Below are positions 35,951 to 49,080 of a stretch of DNA of 64,000 bases, piece by piece (the first letter of the stretch is position 1; every line of letters starts with the position of its first letter). Both the position numbers and the translations under genes were made by a program. Source of the DNA: Camelus dromedarius (taxonomy: Eukaryota). The stretch is from assembly GCF_036321535.1 (NCBI RefSeq), contig NC_087438.1, positions 1,056,001-1,120,000 on the forward strand, in the 5' to 3' direction. The notes beneath the pieces are model-generated. The model saw only the letters and a list, made by a program, of their open reading frames with translations, was not told the DNA's origin and did no database searches.

Positions 35951-38900
35951 GTACGCTCTGGTTTGAGAGGACACTCAAGCCAGAACAGGAGAGCCTGATT
36001 TGGCTCCTCATGGGCCCTCAGGGCCCTCCTGCGCCCAGGCCGTTGCGCCTGGGGGCCTCCTGAGCCTAAGGAGAGGAGCCAGGAGACAGTTCCCCGAGTC
36101 CCTCCCTCCCCCCACAAAGCCCCAAGTCCCCGCTTGGCCGGTTCTCCTCGGAATAGGCTGGGGTCCTGCTCCCAGGCTCCCCTTTCTTCCTTGCCCCTCC
36201 CCTGATGCTGTCCCTTCACCCCAAGGGAGAACACTTTTCCCGCTGGGTCCACACTGGTTCCCACCAGGCTGGCTCTCAGGGCAGTGGGCGCTGGGCACTG
36301 TGGGAGCCTGGGTGTGGGCACAGGGGCTTGGGCAGGTGGAAGTGGGTGTATCAAGGTGACAGAAACTGCTTGGGGGCCAGCAAGCCTGTGACTTGCCCAG
36401 GACTGGGCCCTGACAGGGGAACTTTTTCAGTCCTTTCCAGGGCCCTCCTCAGCTGGGCCTCTGGCCTGGGAACACACTCCCATGGGGAACGCACTGTAGC
36501 TTCTGCAGCCTGAGGCTGGGCGGGAGGCAGTGCGTGGGCCTAGGTCCCGGCCTCCCTGACCCCTGACCCTCAGTCCGTCAGCCTGGAACCCTGTGCCCTG
36601 GGGTCCTCCCCCAGCCCCATCATTTTCACTTCAGAAAACCAAGAACTGGTTTCTCCTGTGATTTGTGGCAGTGACACTTGAGGTTTGTTGACTTGGATGA
36701 TGTCTGAAAAAGTTATTTGCTGTTTCCCCACTTTTTTCCTTCCAAGCGCTCTGCGGCAGCTGGGCAGGCAGTGTGCATCTGCTTGCATCGCCGGTGGCAC
36801 TGCCAGGCTGGCAGGGCCTTTGTCTCCAGGCCTGGCCCATCTTCTCACTTCCCCCGGAGCAGGGCTTCCTGGGAGAGAAGAGAGCCAGAACCCCCCTTCC
36901 TGGCCCTGCTGCTGGGCCAGAGCTTCCAGGGGCTTCTAGGGGAAGGACCCAGATTTGGCCTCTGGGCCCTCTCGGTAACATGAAGGGGGGCTCATTTGGA
37001 CCACAGACCTGTCGGCATCCACCTAGACGGCACATCACTGTGGCCCACTCCCTGGGCTGTTGGAAGGGTGTTCTGGGAGGAGCATGGGGTGGAGGATTCA
37101 TTTGGTTCCAGCCAGAAGGAAGTGGAGGGAAGGCTTCCTGCACCCTGGGGAGGAGAGGCCAGCAGCTGGCTTCTGTCTCATCTCCTGTCCATCTCCTCCT
37201 CCACGCTGTGCTGGATGCTCTGGGCAGTGCCCTGGGCCCAACAGGGACAGGCAGCCACCCCTCCCTGCAGAGCTTCCCTGGACTAAGATTCTTTTCATAA
37301 CTGAGGATGTGCAAGGCAGGTTTGTGTTTACAACCTCGATTGGGTGATAAACTCATCTCACATTCACTGAGGCCTCTTTAACAACAACAACCTGCTGCCC
37401 AAGGGGGCGCAGGCAGCTGGCTGCCTGAGAGGACCCTGCCCTGTTGGATTTCCATAGCCCCAAACACCAGACACCTGGAGGAACACCACCCCCAGGAGTG
37501 TGCCCTTCCCTGGGAGGGGGGGCTCCCTTCACTTGAGTCCCCCAAGGCCCATCTTCAGCGCCTGATGATTTGGGTGCTATCAGGCTGGACCTTGCCCCGG
37601 GCCCCTGACCAAGTGACTGGCGGCATCAGTAGCCACGCCCTGCCTCTCATGCTTCGACCTCTCGGGCAGGGAGCCGCCCCAGCCCTCGCGCCCTGTGCTG
37701 GGGCTCTGAGGAAATGATGGAATACCCTAGGTCTGGCCATGGGGCCTCAGAGTGAGCAGTTAATCCAGAAAGCAGGTCTGCAGCCTCGGCCCCTCGAAGG
37801 GCAGCGGTCCTCCCGGGCTGGCACGGGCTGCCCCAGTGTGCCATGCGGCCCACTCTGGTCAGTCCTGGCTCCCCGAGGAGCAGCTCTCAATCCCTCTTTG
37901 TCTTTCCTGTTGGCAGAGCCAGGAGTGCGATCTGAAACAGTCTCTGAGCCCCCAGGGCTTGGCTGGGCCTGCGTCCTCCCCCTCGCCTGAACATTGCTGC
38001 AACTTGCAGAGGCATCTGGGGGCTGAGAACAGAAGAGAAGGCTACGCGGCAGCTGACGGGGTGGCTCTGGTGCTGCCCGTGGTGCCTGCCGTTGCCCGGG
38101 GCCTGGGGTCTGTGGCCCCTCCCCTGCGCCCCGGGGCCCAGGAAAGCTGAGGGGCTCTTGCCTGGGCCGGCCTCAGGGAGGTCACTGGGCCCTGGTGTCC
38201 CGGAGATGCTGCTGTCCTTGGAGGCACCCTGCCCTCAGTGATGCTCCTGGCCTGACCCAGCAGTGGAGCTGTGCTTTGGGGCCAGGTCCCCAGGCTGCAG
38301 TGCAAAATCTTTCATCTTTGCAAAGCCAGCGGTGGAGCTGGGAGCCTGTTCCGCACTGGCCCTGGGCTCCAGGAGAAGTCTTTCTCCCTTTCTTTACCCG
38401 CTTTGAGGCAATGCCAAACTCAGAATTACTTACAGCAGAATGTCGGAGTGGTTCTTTCTTAAAGCAGTCCAGTTAGAGATGGTGATGTGTGGTCTGGACG
38501 CAGGTCAGAGGCGCTCACGGTCCCTGCAGAGTGACCGCGAGTGGACTGGTGCCAGTGGATCTCGTGCCTCCCCTGTCTGGCCCCTTTCCTCACGGGGTTG
38601 GAAGGAGGCTGAGGCAGCAAAGATTGGAGGTTTTTTAATTTCCCCCTCACTTCAGGAATATGATGTGTGTCTGTAATGTTGAAACGCACCAGCAGACTTG
38701 AGGAAGATTTCTGTTATTAAAAGTGAAAGGCTATTAATCCAAACTGTATCTGTAGCTTGTATGTTTAAACTTGAAATGTTTACCATGCACACCCTGGAAT
38801 CACCAACACCCCAGCCCAGAAAGACACCCAAGGGAAATGAAGTGATTTTAAACCATAGAGAAAGGTAGCAGCTCACGTCACTGCCTGGAATTTGAATATC

Positions 38901-39659
38901 ACTTTGAATTCCTTGACAGAGTATTCAGAGTCTTTAGCAGGGAGAAGAAAAACATAAACATTTATCCTCAGTGCGTAGCTGGTGCTCACGCAAGGGACCT
39001 CACCACACAGAAACCTCCTGCGGGGGAGGGGCCTCCCGCCGACAGCCTGCGAAGCCTCACGGGGCAGGCGGGTGTCCACCTGGAGTTTGCACAAAGGAAG
39101 CGTGTATTCCGTCGGTGGGAAGAGGGGGCGTGGCTGCTCCCCCAGGGCACTCATTTATGTGGGCTGTTCTCTTGCAACTGTTTGCCAAAAATTCACAAAC
39201 AGAAGGTGACAAGGTACCAAATGGCATTTGCACAGGTCATTTGAAAAGAAGACAGTGTGGCGGGGGTGTAGCGCACCAAGGCTGTGGGCCTGTGGTCGCC
39301 CAGATGCAAAGAGCACCCCTTATGCCCCCCACCTGCTCCCCTGGGCACTGCTCCCAGTCAAGCTGCCCTCTGACCTCTCCTCCACCCTCCCACCGGGGCT
39401 GGGGGCTCCGGAGGTCTGTGTGAAAATGCTCCCCGTGTCCCCAGACAGAGCACGTGCAGAAAGGAGCGTTTGCTGGGCATGCACGGAGCTGGCATTTTGT
39501 TGTCCTGGGAGTGTCCTGTGTCCCTTCTGGGGTGACTTGGGTGTGCGCTGCTGTCCCAAGCCGTCCTGAAGGTGGCATTTCCCCGTCCCCCGCATTGCAT
39601 CCAGGGGACACTGCAGACCCCACGTTAAACGCCCCCTTGCCCGCGGCGCCCCAGCAGTG

Positions 39660-39960
39660 ACCAGCGTAATGCACCGGCTTTTAATTACTGTGGTGGCAAG
39701 TCACACGGGAATGTCCTCCAGGAGTTAGCTGATTTTTATATGAAAACACACCATTTCAGAGTATTTTTGAAATTCAATTAATTGAAGGCCCAGATAAAAG
39801 GAACACATTCTTAATGGCTATAAAATCACCCGGAGGGAGGTGAGGGAGCGGGGCCGACTTCAAAGCGCAACAGAAATCCTCACTGTTTCACTTTAAAAGT
39901 CTTCAGATCAATGACTCAGTTAAAGTTACTTAGACAGTGAGCAACCTTTTCATTTTCTGT
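39660..39960. promoter_or_regulatory. Candidate upstream enhancer (AT-rich island)
   Basis: Palindrome TTCAATTAATTGAA 39773-39786, AGATAA 39792, TGACTCA 39912-39918, TTTTATA motifs. Confidence 0.5.
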
Positions 39961-40119
39961 CTGAAAATGACAGAGTGTTCTTCTTGCCCGGGATATAGGC
40001 GCTCCAGGGGGACTGCTGGCCATGACACTGGGTCGGAAGCGGGTCAGCTTTGCTCAGGACCAACTCTGCCCGGGGCTCAGGGCAGCCCCAGTGTCTCACT
40101 CTCTCCCTGGAGGGGTCCT

Positions 40120-40480
40120 GATCGGTGGCTGAGACCGCAGTCAGTTACTGCCTCAGTGCTGGAGGTGAGAAGTCCGGGACCAGGCTGTGGGCAGCTTTCT
40201 CCAGCCATGAGGGGATTCCGTGAGACTCTGGTGGCCACTGGCAGTCCCTGCTGTCCCGGTGGACACACCACCTGACCTCTGCCTCCGTCGTCACCAGGCA
40301 GTCTCCCTGTGGGTGTCTCGGTCTCTGTGTCCAAATGTCTCCTATTTATAAGGACATCAGCAGACCGGGTTGGGGCCCACCCTCATGACCTCATCTTAAC
40401 TAATTACATGTGCAGTGACACTGTGTCCACATAAGAGCGTCAACATGTGAATTCTGGGGGACACAACTCAGCCCCTAACA
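40120..40480 (-). mobile_element. MLT1 solo LTR
   Basis: ctctgtgtccaaat.tctcct.tttataaggaca, ggggcccaccctcatgacctcatcttaactaattacat, gggggacacaactcagcccctaaca terminus. Confidence 0.85.
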
Positions 40481-41959
40481 GAGGGGCACCCTGATGTGCC
40501 ACGCCGTGGCCCCAGGTTGTTTCCGGCCCTGCTGCCCATCACCACATTTGGGAGGGAGACCTGTGCTGGTCACCGTGCCAGCATCACGGGGGACTCAGCT
40601 TGGTAGGTGAGCCAGCCTTTTGGGGCCCAACAGCCCCCTCCCTGTTTCCTTTCTGTCCCTCCAGTCTGAGCCGGCAGCATCACTGCTGGAACGACTTTCT
40701 CCGGAACTTCGGGGCCTTCCGTGGATCTCACGGGCTCCATCCATCACACAAGATCTGTCCCCAGTAATTCCTTCTCTGATCTGGCCTCCTGCCGAGAGGC
40801 CCGAAAAACAGCGGACCCTCAGTGACTGAATTCTCTCACCTTTGATGGTTCTGAGGACTTAGCGCCAGGTTGTGGGGGCATGACTGGACCCCCGTCGTGA
40901 CCTCGCTAGATTTTTCTGGTTCCCAGCCCACTCCATCTCGGTGGTCTCTGGCCAGGGAACGGTGTTGAGTGGGCGCCGTGCTGTGGGGGGGTCAGTGCTG
41001 CTTGCCAAATTTGGGGGCCGCGTGTGGCGCTCGCAGGGCTGGATTGCACTGCCTGGCCACCTCGGGGCAGATGTGGCCTTGTGACTGCCTTTGGCCAGCG
41101 AAACCAAGCAGAAGTGACCTGTGTCATGGCGTCACAGAGGCCGGTGAGCGAGGCCCCCTACGGCAACAGCACAGCCCCAGGCCGAGGCTCAGGCCGTCTG
41201 GCTCGGGAAGGAGCCCCCGCTGGCCGGCAGGACAGACCATGGGGGCGGGAACCCAGCGCCGTGTGAAGCCGCGGATTTGTTGGGATTGTTTGTCACAGCG
41301 GCACAACTCATCCCAGCTGCCCGCTGCAGGTACTCCTCAGCAATAAGATTAATAACGTTATGCTGTAATTGTATGCTATTATGTGATTACACTGTAATCA
41401 CAGGTATAATTATAAAATGGTGATTGTATATTATTATGTAATTATATATTATAATTTTCAATACAGAGAAAGCAACTAGGCAGAGAGATTACCTTAAAGG
41501 GAAGGTATAAAGCGACGGCAAAATAAACAATGCCTTTAAAGGCCGGAAGTGAAAATGAAGCACCCTTTCATCACTTTCATAGACATGAAAAACAAGAGGT
41601 TTGCAAGAAAGTTCCTTAACTTAGAAGCAAATAGCTTCTGCTTGTGAACATTTCTAGCCTCTCTGTCCTGTCTCCAGGAGGAGGACCATCTGGAGGACTC
41701 CTCGCCCTGCGGGGAACCCCCCGGGGCTGCCTGAGCATGCGCACCGTGAGAGGGCTGCTCCACAGAGCCCTGGGGCCAGCACTTGGCGTGGCCCTGGCTC
41801 CTGTGCTGACCGCCAGGCACAAGAATTACAGGGCCGTGGGGGAGAGAGGGCTGTTTTGCCAGCCCTGAAGAGCTTATAGAAAAACCGTGATGAAACACAG
41901 CGTCTTAAACCAGCAGCCCAAATGCACAAAGAGCCAGCGAAGTTCCAGGGTGACCCTAA

Positions 41960-42400
41960 AAAAGCCCAAATATTTTTTCTTGTAGTTGAAGGGAGATAGG
42001 AATATTTATTCTTGCAACACTCATAGTAAATAATAATACTAAATATTACTTATTTTCCATATTTTATCTAATATTTAATAACTCAATAAATACTTTTAAT
42101 ATTAATATTAAATCATATTTGATATTATCTTTTATGTCTTTAGTCTAACAAATATTTTACCTTGACACAGTCAAATCCATCATTACCCTTTATTAATTTA
42201 CCTCCTCGTTCACGTTTATAGTTGTGACCCCGACTATTCTTCCAGCTTTACAATTTCAGCACTTACATCTATCTAGGCCTCGGTCCACCAGGAACGTGTG
42301 TTTTGTTACACGCTGTGACGCGGGTCAGTGTTTATTTCTGTGTGCCTGTAGCCACTTTCCCTACGATCACTCATTAAAACGATTTTTTTAGTGCGTAGAC
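41960..42400 (-). mobile_element. AT-rich ancient L1-like remnant
   Basis: Abrupt AT-rich block with ttacatctatctaggcct, ttttgttacacgctgtga, typical of decayed reverse L1 ORF2. Confidence 0.4.
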
Positions 42401-42408
42401 TTAAACTC

Positions 42409-42546
42409 ATTTTTTTGTTCTGTTTGCAAGATAAGTAATTAGGTTTGTGTATTTATTTTGTTTACTTTTAACAGAGGCACTGGAGATTGAACCAGGACCT
42501 CATGTGTGCCGAGCGCACACTCTACCACTGAGCTACGCCCTCCCCC
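42409..42546 (-). mobile_element. tRNA-derived SINE (camelid Vic-1-like)
   Basis: Reverse reads ggggagggcgTAGCTCAGTGGtagag...GGTTCAATCtccagtgcctc (A/B boxes), then A-rich linker and cctaattac tail. Confidence 0.8.
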
Positions 42547-45500
42547 TCAGACTCACCCTTTGTCCTTTGAACACAGCTCTTTCACAATGAAAGCCTGTCG
42601 GGAGGAAACGGTGGTGGCTGCCCTGCATGGCTGTCAGCAGCGTCATCAAGGGCCACGTTGTAACCCATCTTAATGGCGGGTGTGACGAGGTTCCTCGCAG
42701 GGTGGGGACGTGGTGACTGGTTGGGGGTCATGACTGCTGCTGGCAGAAGGCTTTCCGGAGACTTCCATCAGCCCAGGGGCGGCGCCGCTGAGGGCCCGCG
42801 AGCACCCGCGCTCTCCTCTCTCCTTCTAGGAACAGGCATCCCCTGGACCTTGGAGCCGCCGCTGAGAAGTGACTGCTGCCGCCCCCCTCGCAGCCACGTG
42901 GGAGGGGGGTGCCCGGGGCTTCCGCAAGACCAGTTTAAGAGGAAACCACTTACCCTTCTCTGCCTGCCTCCCGTCCCCACTGGCTGGGAAGTGTGAGAGC
43001 TGGCGTGGCTGCCCTGGGCCCAGAAGTCGAAGCCGCCCCTGCTGGGGCCCCGACGCGCGAGCCGGAGGTCTGCGTCTTATTGGAGCCGCGGGGTGTTTGC
43101 TCCGAGACAGCGTCCCAGCCCACTCCCCTCGCATGGCGGGGCCGGACCGGCGGCACCAGCGAGGCGGGGGGGGGGACTCCACCACTGGCTGAGGGTGCAG
43201 ACCCGGGGAAGAAGCACCAGGGAGGGGGCTCGGGTCTGGCTGTGTGGTGCGGGATGTCTGTGGCCACTTGTGAAACAGCCGGGGAGAAGCAGCTGGTTTG
43301 CGGCAGGACGTGGCGGAGGCCTGGGCTGCTGGGAGGGTGCTCGGCGCAGCTTCCGCGTGGCTGCCGCTACCTGTTACCCGCTGTGCACGCTGAGGCTCCG
43401 CCCGCTGGGTTTGTACTGAGAGGTGATGGGTGGGGGGCTCTGCAGAAAGCGGGAAAAAGTGATAAAAGAAATCTAATAAAGTAAATACCAGCTTTTTCTA
43501 AGCGGTTTGTTTTGTGTTTTTTTTTAACATCTGATAAAATGAGATGAAATGGTTATAATGGCAGGCCTTCCGGAAATTGGATTCCTAGTCTCCACCTACT
43601 TCCCTTGAGCCTGGTGGTCCCTGGGCCTGCAGACATGGGGCTGGTACCCACCCCACCCCCACAAACACCGAAGGATCAGTGCGTCGTCTCCTGGACACAG
43701 AAGGGCACACACACCCAGAGGCACACGCGCTGGGCTTGGTTGTGGGTTGGGGGCCTTGCCTGCCAGTGGGGGCTCCTCGGAGAACACACGCCTGCTTCTT
43801 CAGGGCCTCGGCTTGGCAGCCTGGCATCGTGAGACCTTGGAGTGAAGGTCTGCCCCGGCCGGGGGGCCACCTGCGTCCTCGTGAGCTGTCAGAAGCTCGC
43901 GGCTACCTGGATGTACCCAGAGTTGGCACAGTCTTCTGGGTCCGCCCTCCAGAGGGGTGGCCATCTGCTTCCGTCCCGTGTGAAATGGGCTTCCGTGTGC
44001 ACAGGCATCCTCTTCAGAAGTTCCCTCAGAGCCTGTGTAGCCTGAGGCCTGGGGTGACCACTCCCTGCACCCTCAGGGAAGAGCCCAGCCTCAGGCCGGC
44101 TCTTCTGCCCGGTGTGACCTTCCAGCTGGCGCCACGTCCATGGCTTGGGGCTCCCTGTCTTGGCCAGAAAGCGTGGCTCAGGCGGCCCCCTTTCCAGACT
44201 GGGCTTTCTTGCTGTCTGGTGTCCTGTCTGTGGGACAGTCTGTTGCTGGGAGGTGTCATCACAGACATCACCTCCCAGGCAACCTGATGTCTCACGATGC
44301 CGTGTGTTCTCTGAATTTTGAAATACTGACCAAAGTCCTGGCCCCAGAGCAGCAGCTCCCGGCCTGGCTGGGGTCCTGCCCACACTCTTGGATGCTGGGT
44401 GGGAGAGGACACCTGCGCCGGGTCCACAGCCTGGGGGCCTTGGTGGCCCTTCCACTGACCTCAGACCCCCAGACCCCTCCGACCCCTCGCCCTCCTCGTG
44501 GTGACACTGAGTCGGTGCCCTGGTCATGTCTCTCTGAGGGGAGGGGAGGTGGAGTGGTTGTCATTGTGGTCGAACAGACGCAGCTGAAATGAGCACGAGG
44601 TGCCTGTGACCATCAGTGTCACGCACCGTCTGGCAGAGGAAGTGTCCCACTTTGGATCCCTGGTCTTCATGGTCGAGGCGAGCACCCCACAGCGCTGGGA
44701 AAGGTTGACAGTTTTCGCTTCAATTCCTCAGAGTTTTTCAGGACTGGAGGTCAGACCGCGTGGCCTGAAGGGTCGCAAGCTCTGAGAAATTTTCTATGGA
44801 CTAAAATTAAAAAAAGAACAACACAGAACTGGGAGTTTGCAACCTTACATTTTACCCAAATCTGGCTTTGCAGCAACCGTGACACAGAGGGGCACTCGGA
44901 GGAGGTAGAAATGCCCGCCTTCGTCCCGGCCGAACGTGCCGTGAGGGCGGCCGGGCGGCTAGTGCGGGAGGGAAGTTTTCACAGGAAACCCAGAGCCAGA
45001 GCGTTTGTGTCCAGCGGACCGTGGTTTTCCGCGCCTCCTGCGGCCCCCGGTGAGGCTCAGCCCGGGCGCCCAGGTGGCGACTGCGGGGCTCTGGCGCGCG
45101 CCCGACTGGGAGCGCGTGCGCACCTTCCCGGCCTCGCCGCCGCCGGGGCCTCGCTCTCCGGTTGTGCGTGCTTGCCTCTGACTTGCTTGCAGGCTGGATG
45201 TCGCCGTTTTGGGGCCTGCCTTCCACCACAGACGACAACTTTGTTAAACCCCCAAATCACATTCCTCCGGGTCAGCTTGGCGCGCACAACACGCCAGACG
45301 CCGTCCGCGGCCGCTCCTGGGTGGCTGCCTGCGGGATGAACGCCACTCTCCAGGCTGCGGGGGACCTGAGGAAACTCCGTGCTCCCCCGTGATTCCAGCT
45401 TCGTCTGGGCGCCCCCTCATCTTTAGCCTCTTGTCCACAACAGGCTTGCCCTGCGGGATCGATGGAGTAGGGCTGGGACAGGCAGGCGTGTGAAGCCACA

Positions 45501-47893
45501 CTGGTGGTCTGGGACTGCATCCTGCTCCCAGGGGTGTAAAGCTGGAGCCACATGAATCCAGGCCCATTCCTGCTTCCACAGGGCCCGGGGACCCCATCCC
45601 TGAGTTGCAGCCCACCCAGGAGAGGGGCCAGGCCACGCAGAGCGGATGTGGCTGCACATGGCTGTGCCACGGGCAGGGGAAACTTGTGGACGATGGTGTG
45701 CAGGGCTCTCCTCTTATCCCAGCCTTGGGGACAGTCTAGAAAATAGAAGTGTGGACCATGAAGATGCTAGCTTTCCCTGCTCCCAACTCCACATTTTAAA
45801 ACCGTTTCTCATGGAAAATTCCAAACATTTACAAAGATAAAAAGAATCCTGGAATGGAGAGAAGCTGCTTCAGCAAGGACAGAACTCAAGGGCTGTGGGA
45901 CCACTGTCCCCAACCTATTCCATGGCCCGAGGCCAGTCTGACCGCTGTCCCCAGCTGTTTGCTCTGAAGCACATGCAGGCACCATATCTATAAGTGTCTC
46001 AGTAAGTGTCCCTGAAAGACGGGGACGTGAAAAACTCTCCGGACAAACACCACACCTGGAAAGTCATCAAATCTTTGATAGCCTCAGATATGCCACCCGT
46101 GTCCCACTTCCCTGTTTTGTCCAGGTTGTTCCAGCCTCAGGATCTGAGGAAGGTCAGACACGGAGCACAGCTGACCTCTCACCTGTTTCTCCAGGTGCTC
46201 AGTTCCCATCCGACTTTTGCCTTTCTGCTGCCGCGCTGCTGATGAAGAAGAAGTGAGGTCTTGTCCTGGGGAGGTTCCCGCGTTCCTCGTGGAATTAGTT
46301 ACAGCCCTCCGTCCGTCGGCAGTTAGAGCTGGAAACCCGGTCGGGTTTAGGTTCAGCATGGGCAGGACTGCACCTCGGGTGGTATGCATTTCCAGGAGCA
46401 GTGCCCCTCGGGGGGCACCTTTCCTCCTGTGACGGCGGTCACCACTGCTGGTGGCGGCGAGGGCCTGGACACGGCGCTGTCTGAACTTCGGCAGCCTTCC
46501 CTCGCCCGTCAGCGGGGACCCTGCCCTGATCAGCCCTGGCTTACAGCACAGAGAGGGGGGCGGGCTGCGAGCTGATGTCTCAGGGCCCTCCAAAGGGGAG
46601 AAGGGAGGGGTTGTTGGAGCTGCAGCATCACCTGCTGGACTTGAACTTAGCTCCTGTGTTTGATCCACGGGGCTCGAGCTGCCCGTTTTGGTGGCTGGAG
46701 CCTCTTCTTGGTGCTGTGATCTGGATGGCTCCCTGCTTTGCGACCCCATGATGGTTCTGGGCTCCCCACGTGTATTTCCTGTCCCAGTCCTGGGAGGAGC
46801 GACTTCTGCCACGACCCTGGCTACTTTCCAGACAAGTGCTCTTTGTGGGTCACAGCCTGGGCACGGCGTCACCACGTGTGAACGACGGAGGCTGGGGCTG
46901 CAGGCTGGTGCACGGGGCGCGGCCAGAAGCTGGGCTAGCCTGTCGGTCCCGCTGGGGGCGTGGGGCCCACTCGGGGCCCCACCTGCGGTTCTAGCTGTCA
47001 CCATGATAAAGCGGGCACTCTAGTTTTCCGTCCACATTTCGGTTTCCACCTGTTTACCCTTGGAATAATGTTTTGAGCCACCAAAGGAAACACTGCTTTA
47101 GAAGACGGGATAACATTTCATGGCAGCTGCCGAGGAAACGTGTTTTTCTATCTCAGAATGAATTTTGTTGCCTCTGTCTGAGAGATGCTAGTTGATCTTT
47201 GTCCCCCCAACCCCTTTGCAACAGTGACGCGATTTTCATTGAAGTGACGCAACTCGTGGCTGTCACCTACGAGCCGTGTGAGGAGCATTGGAGTCCACAC
47301 TGGCAGGTCAGTCAGACGGTTTGCGGGGGTGGGAGGCTGAAGCCGACCACGGAGGGGGCCCCGGGCTCCTGTGCCTCTTCAAGAGGTGCGAAGTGGAGGG
47401 ACCTTAGATACACGGAGGTTAAACCCTTTTTCTGCTAGAACACAAAATCCCCAAACTGGAAACCTGCCAGGAGGGGATGCCATGTCCCTGGGACGTACCC
47501 CGGGGGATCAGGGCCAGTCAGAGCTGCTGCCGCCACCAAGCCCTTCCTGCCGGACCCGATGGTCGTCCCGTCTCTGTCCTCCAGGGGCCACGCTCCCCGG
47601 AGAACGGTCCCAGCGGCGGCGGTGACTGACCCGCACACTGACAGCAGCAAACCGCTGCGGGCCTGGACGTCGCAGGCCAGGCGGCTGTCAGACTACAGCC
47701 CTGTGGAGAGGGAGGGCGGGCACATCTCCTTGACTCAGCTTTTCTGGACGCTGGAGACCCCACTCGTGTAGCAGGACACACCCCGATGTCTGTCACTCAT
47801 TTGCTGTTTCACCAGAAATCGCCATTTGATTGAGGAGGAAGGCTGGTTGGTGTGGCTGGTTGGCATGTCTGACACACGAGTGTGCAATAGAGC

Positions 47894-47910
47894 GGGGGGG
47901 GGGGGGGGGG
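47894..47910 (+). repeat. G17 homopolymer
   Basis: Seen directly. Confidence 0.9.
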
Positions 47911-48659
47911 CGTGGCCTGGTCCGGCCTGGCGACCCGGACGCGAGGCTGAAGGGCCCTCTGCCGGCCTGCTCTTCCCTCCTTTGCTGGTTCCTCGCGTCC
48001 CTCTAGCCTGAGTTTCTGACAAAGCTTCCTGGCACAATAGCTTTCTCTTACAAACACAGTTGGTTTTACGGCTCTCAGAGATGTTTTCCATAAACGCCTC
48101 ATCAGAAAAGCATTCTGCAGTAGCGCCTGCCAGCAAGCTGGCGGAGAAGGAGTCAGACTCTCTCGCCCACTTTCCACGGTTTAATCCACCACCGCATTTC
48201 TGAGACTTCAGGAGGCTCGGCCAATAACAGGAATGCGAGCGCACGGCTGAAAAGACTCTCGTGACAGCACACCCTCAGCAGCAGCGCACCAGAGCCCAGC
48301 TCGGCCCGGGGCCGCCCGCCAGGAAGCCCCAGCCACTGCCCGCCCCCCGGGCCAGACTCACACAATCCCACAGGGCGCTGTTCACGCTCACTTAAGACGC
48401 AGCTTCCTTCCGGAAGAGAAGTAGGTGCTCAGAAAAAAGGTCTGAATGCAGGAGCGGATTGGGGCATTCACGGCCACTCTCCCCCAGGCAGTACGCCTCC
48501 AGCAGCCACCCCAGCTGCCTGACCTCTTCCTTTGTGGGAAACCCCAGCTGGGGCAGCGCCCCCTTCCCCCACAGGCCCCTGGAAAGGGTGACCGGACCTC
48601 AGCTCCAAGGACCCATCCTGACTGGCTCTTACGCCCGCCCTGTGAGTGACCCAGCGTTG

Positions 48660-49080
48660 CACTAGCTATTTATCGCCCTGACAAATCGCCCCAAGACGTC
48701 ACATCTTTCACTGTCTCAGGGTGTCTGCGGGCTGCAGGCCTGGATACAGCACAGGGGGGCCTCAGGGTCTCATCTGAAGGCTCGACTGGGGAGAGACCCA
48801 CGTTTTCTGCCAGGATGCAGCCCCTTGAGCAATTCTAGATGGGGGTCTCTGTGCCTGGCATCCCCACCCTCACCCGGTGGGCCTGGCCGGGCGGCTCTCA
48901 ATCTGGGCATGTGAGGGGAGAGAGAGTGTGGGCAGAATGGGAGTCACAGGGGTGTGTCAGGTAATCTCAGATGTGACAGACCGTCCCCTCTGTCACCAAG
49001 TCCAGCCCACACTCAAGGGGAGGGCATGAAACCGGAGGCAAGGCCATCGGGAGCCTCTTCAGAAGCTGCCAGCCACCAGG
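48660..49080 (-). mobile_element. Old MLT1 (F/G/H-like) LTR remnant
   Basis: gtctcatctgaaggctcgactgggg, agtccagcccacactcaaggggaggg, gctgccagccacca terminus. Confidence 0.6.

Noticed and set aside
34941..35966. 341-aa and other overlapping ORFs in the upstream CpG island
   Set aside because: Open in nearly all frames because of extreme GC; no protein family signal.
34857..37410. CTCF-like words at 34857-34870 and 37397-37410
   Set aside because: Several mismatches in the 5' half and high chance frequency at this GC content.
42470..42546. tRNA-like sequence (also 60105-60183)
   Set aside because: Has a SINE tail (and a TSD at the 60 kb copy) and cannot form an intact cloverleaf; not a tRNA gene.
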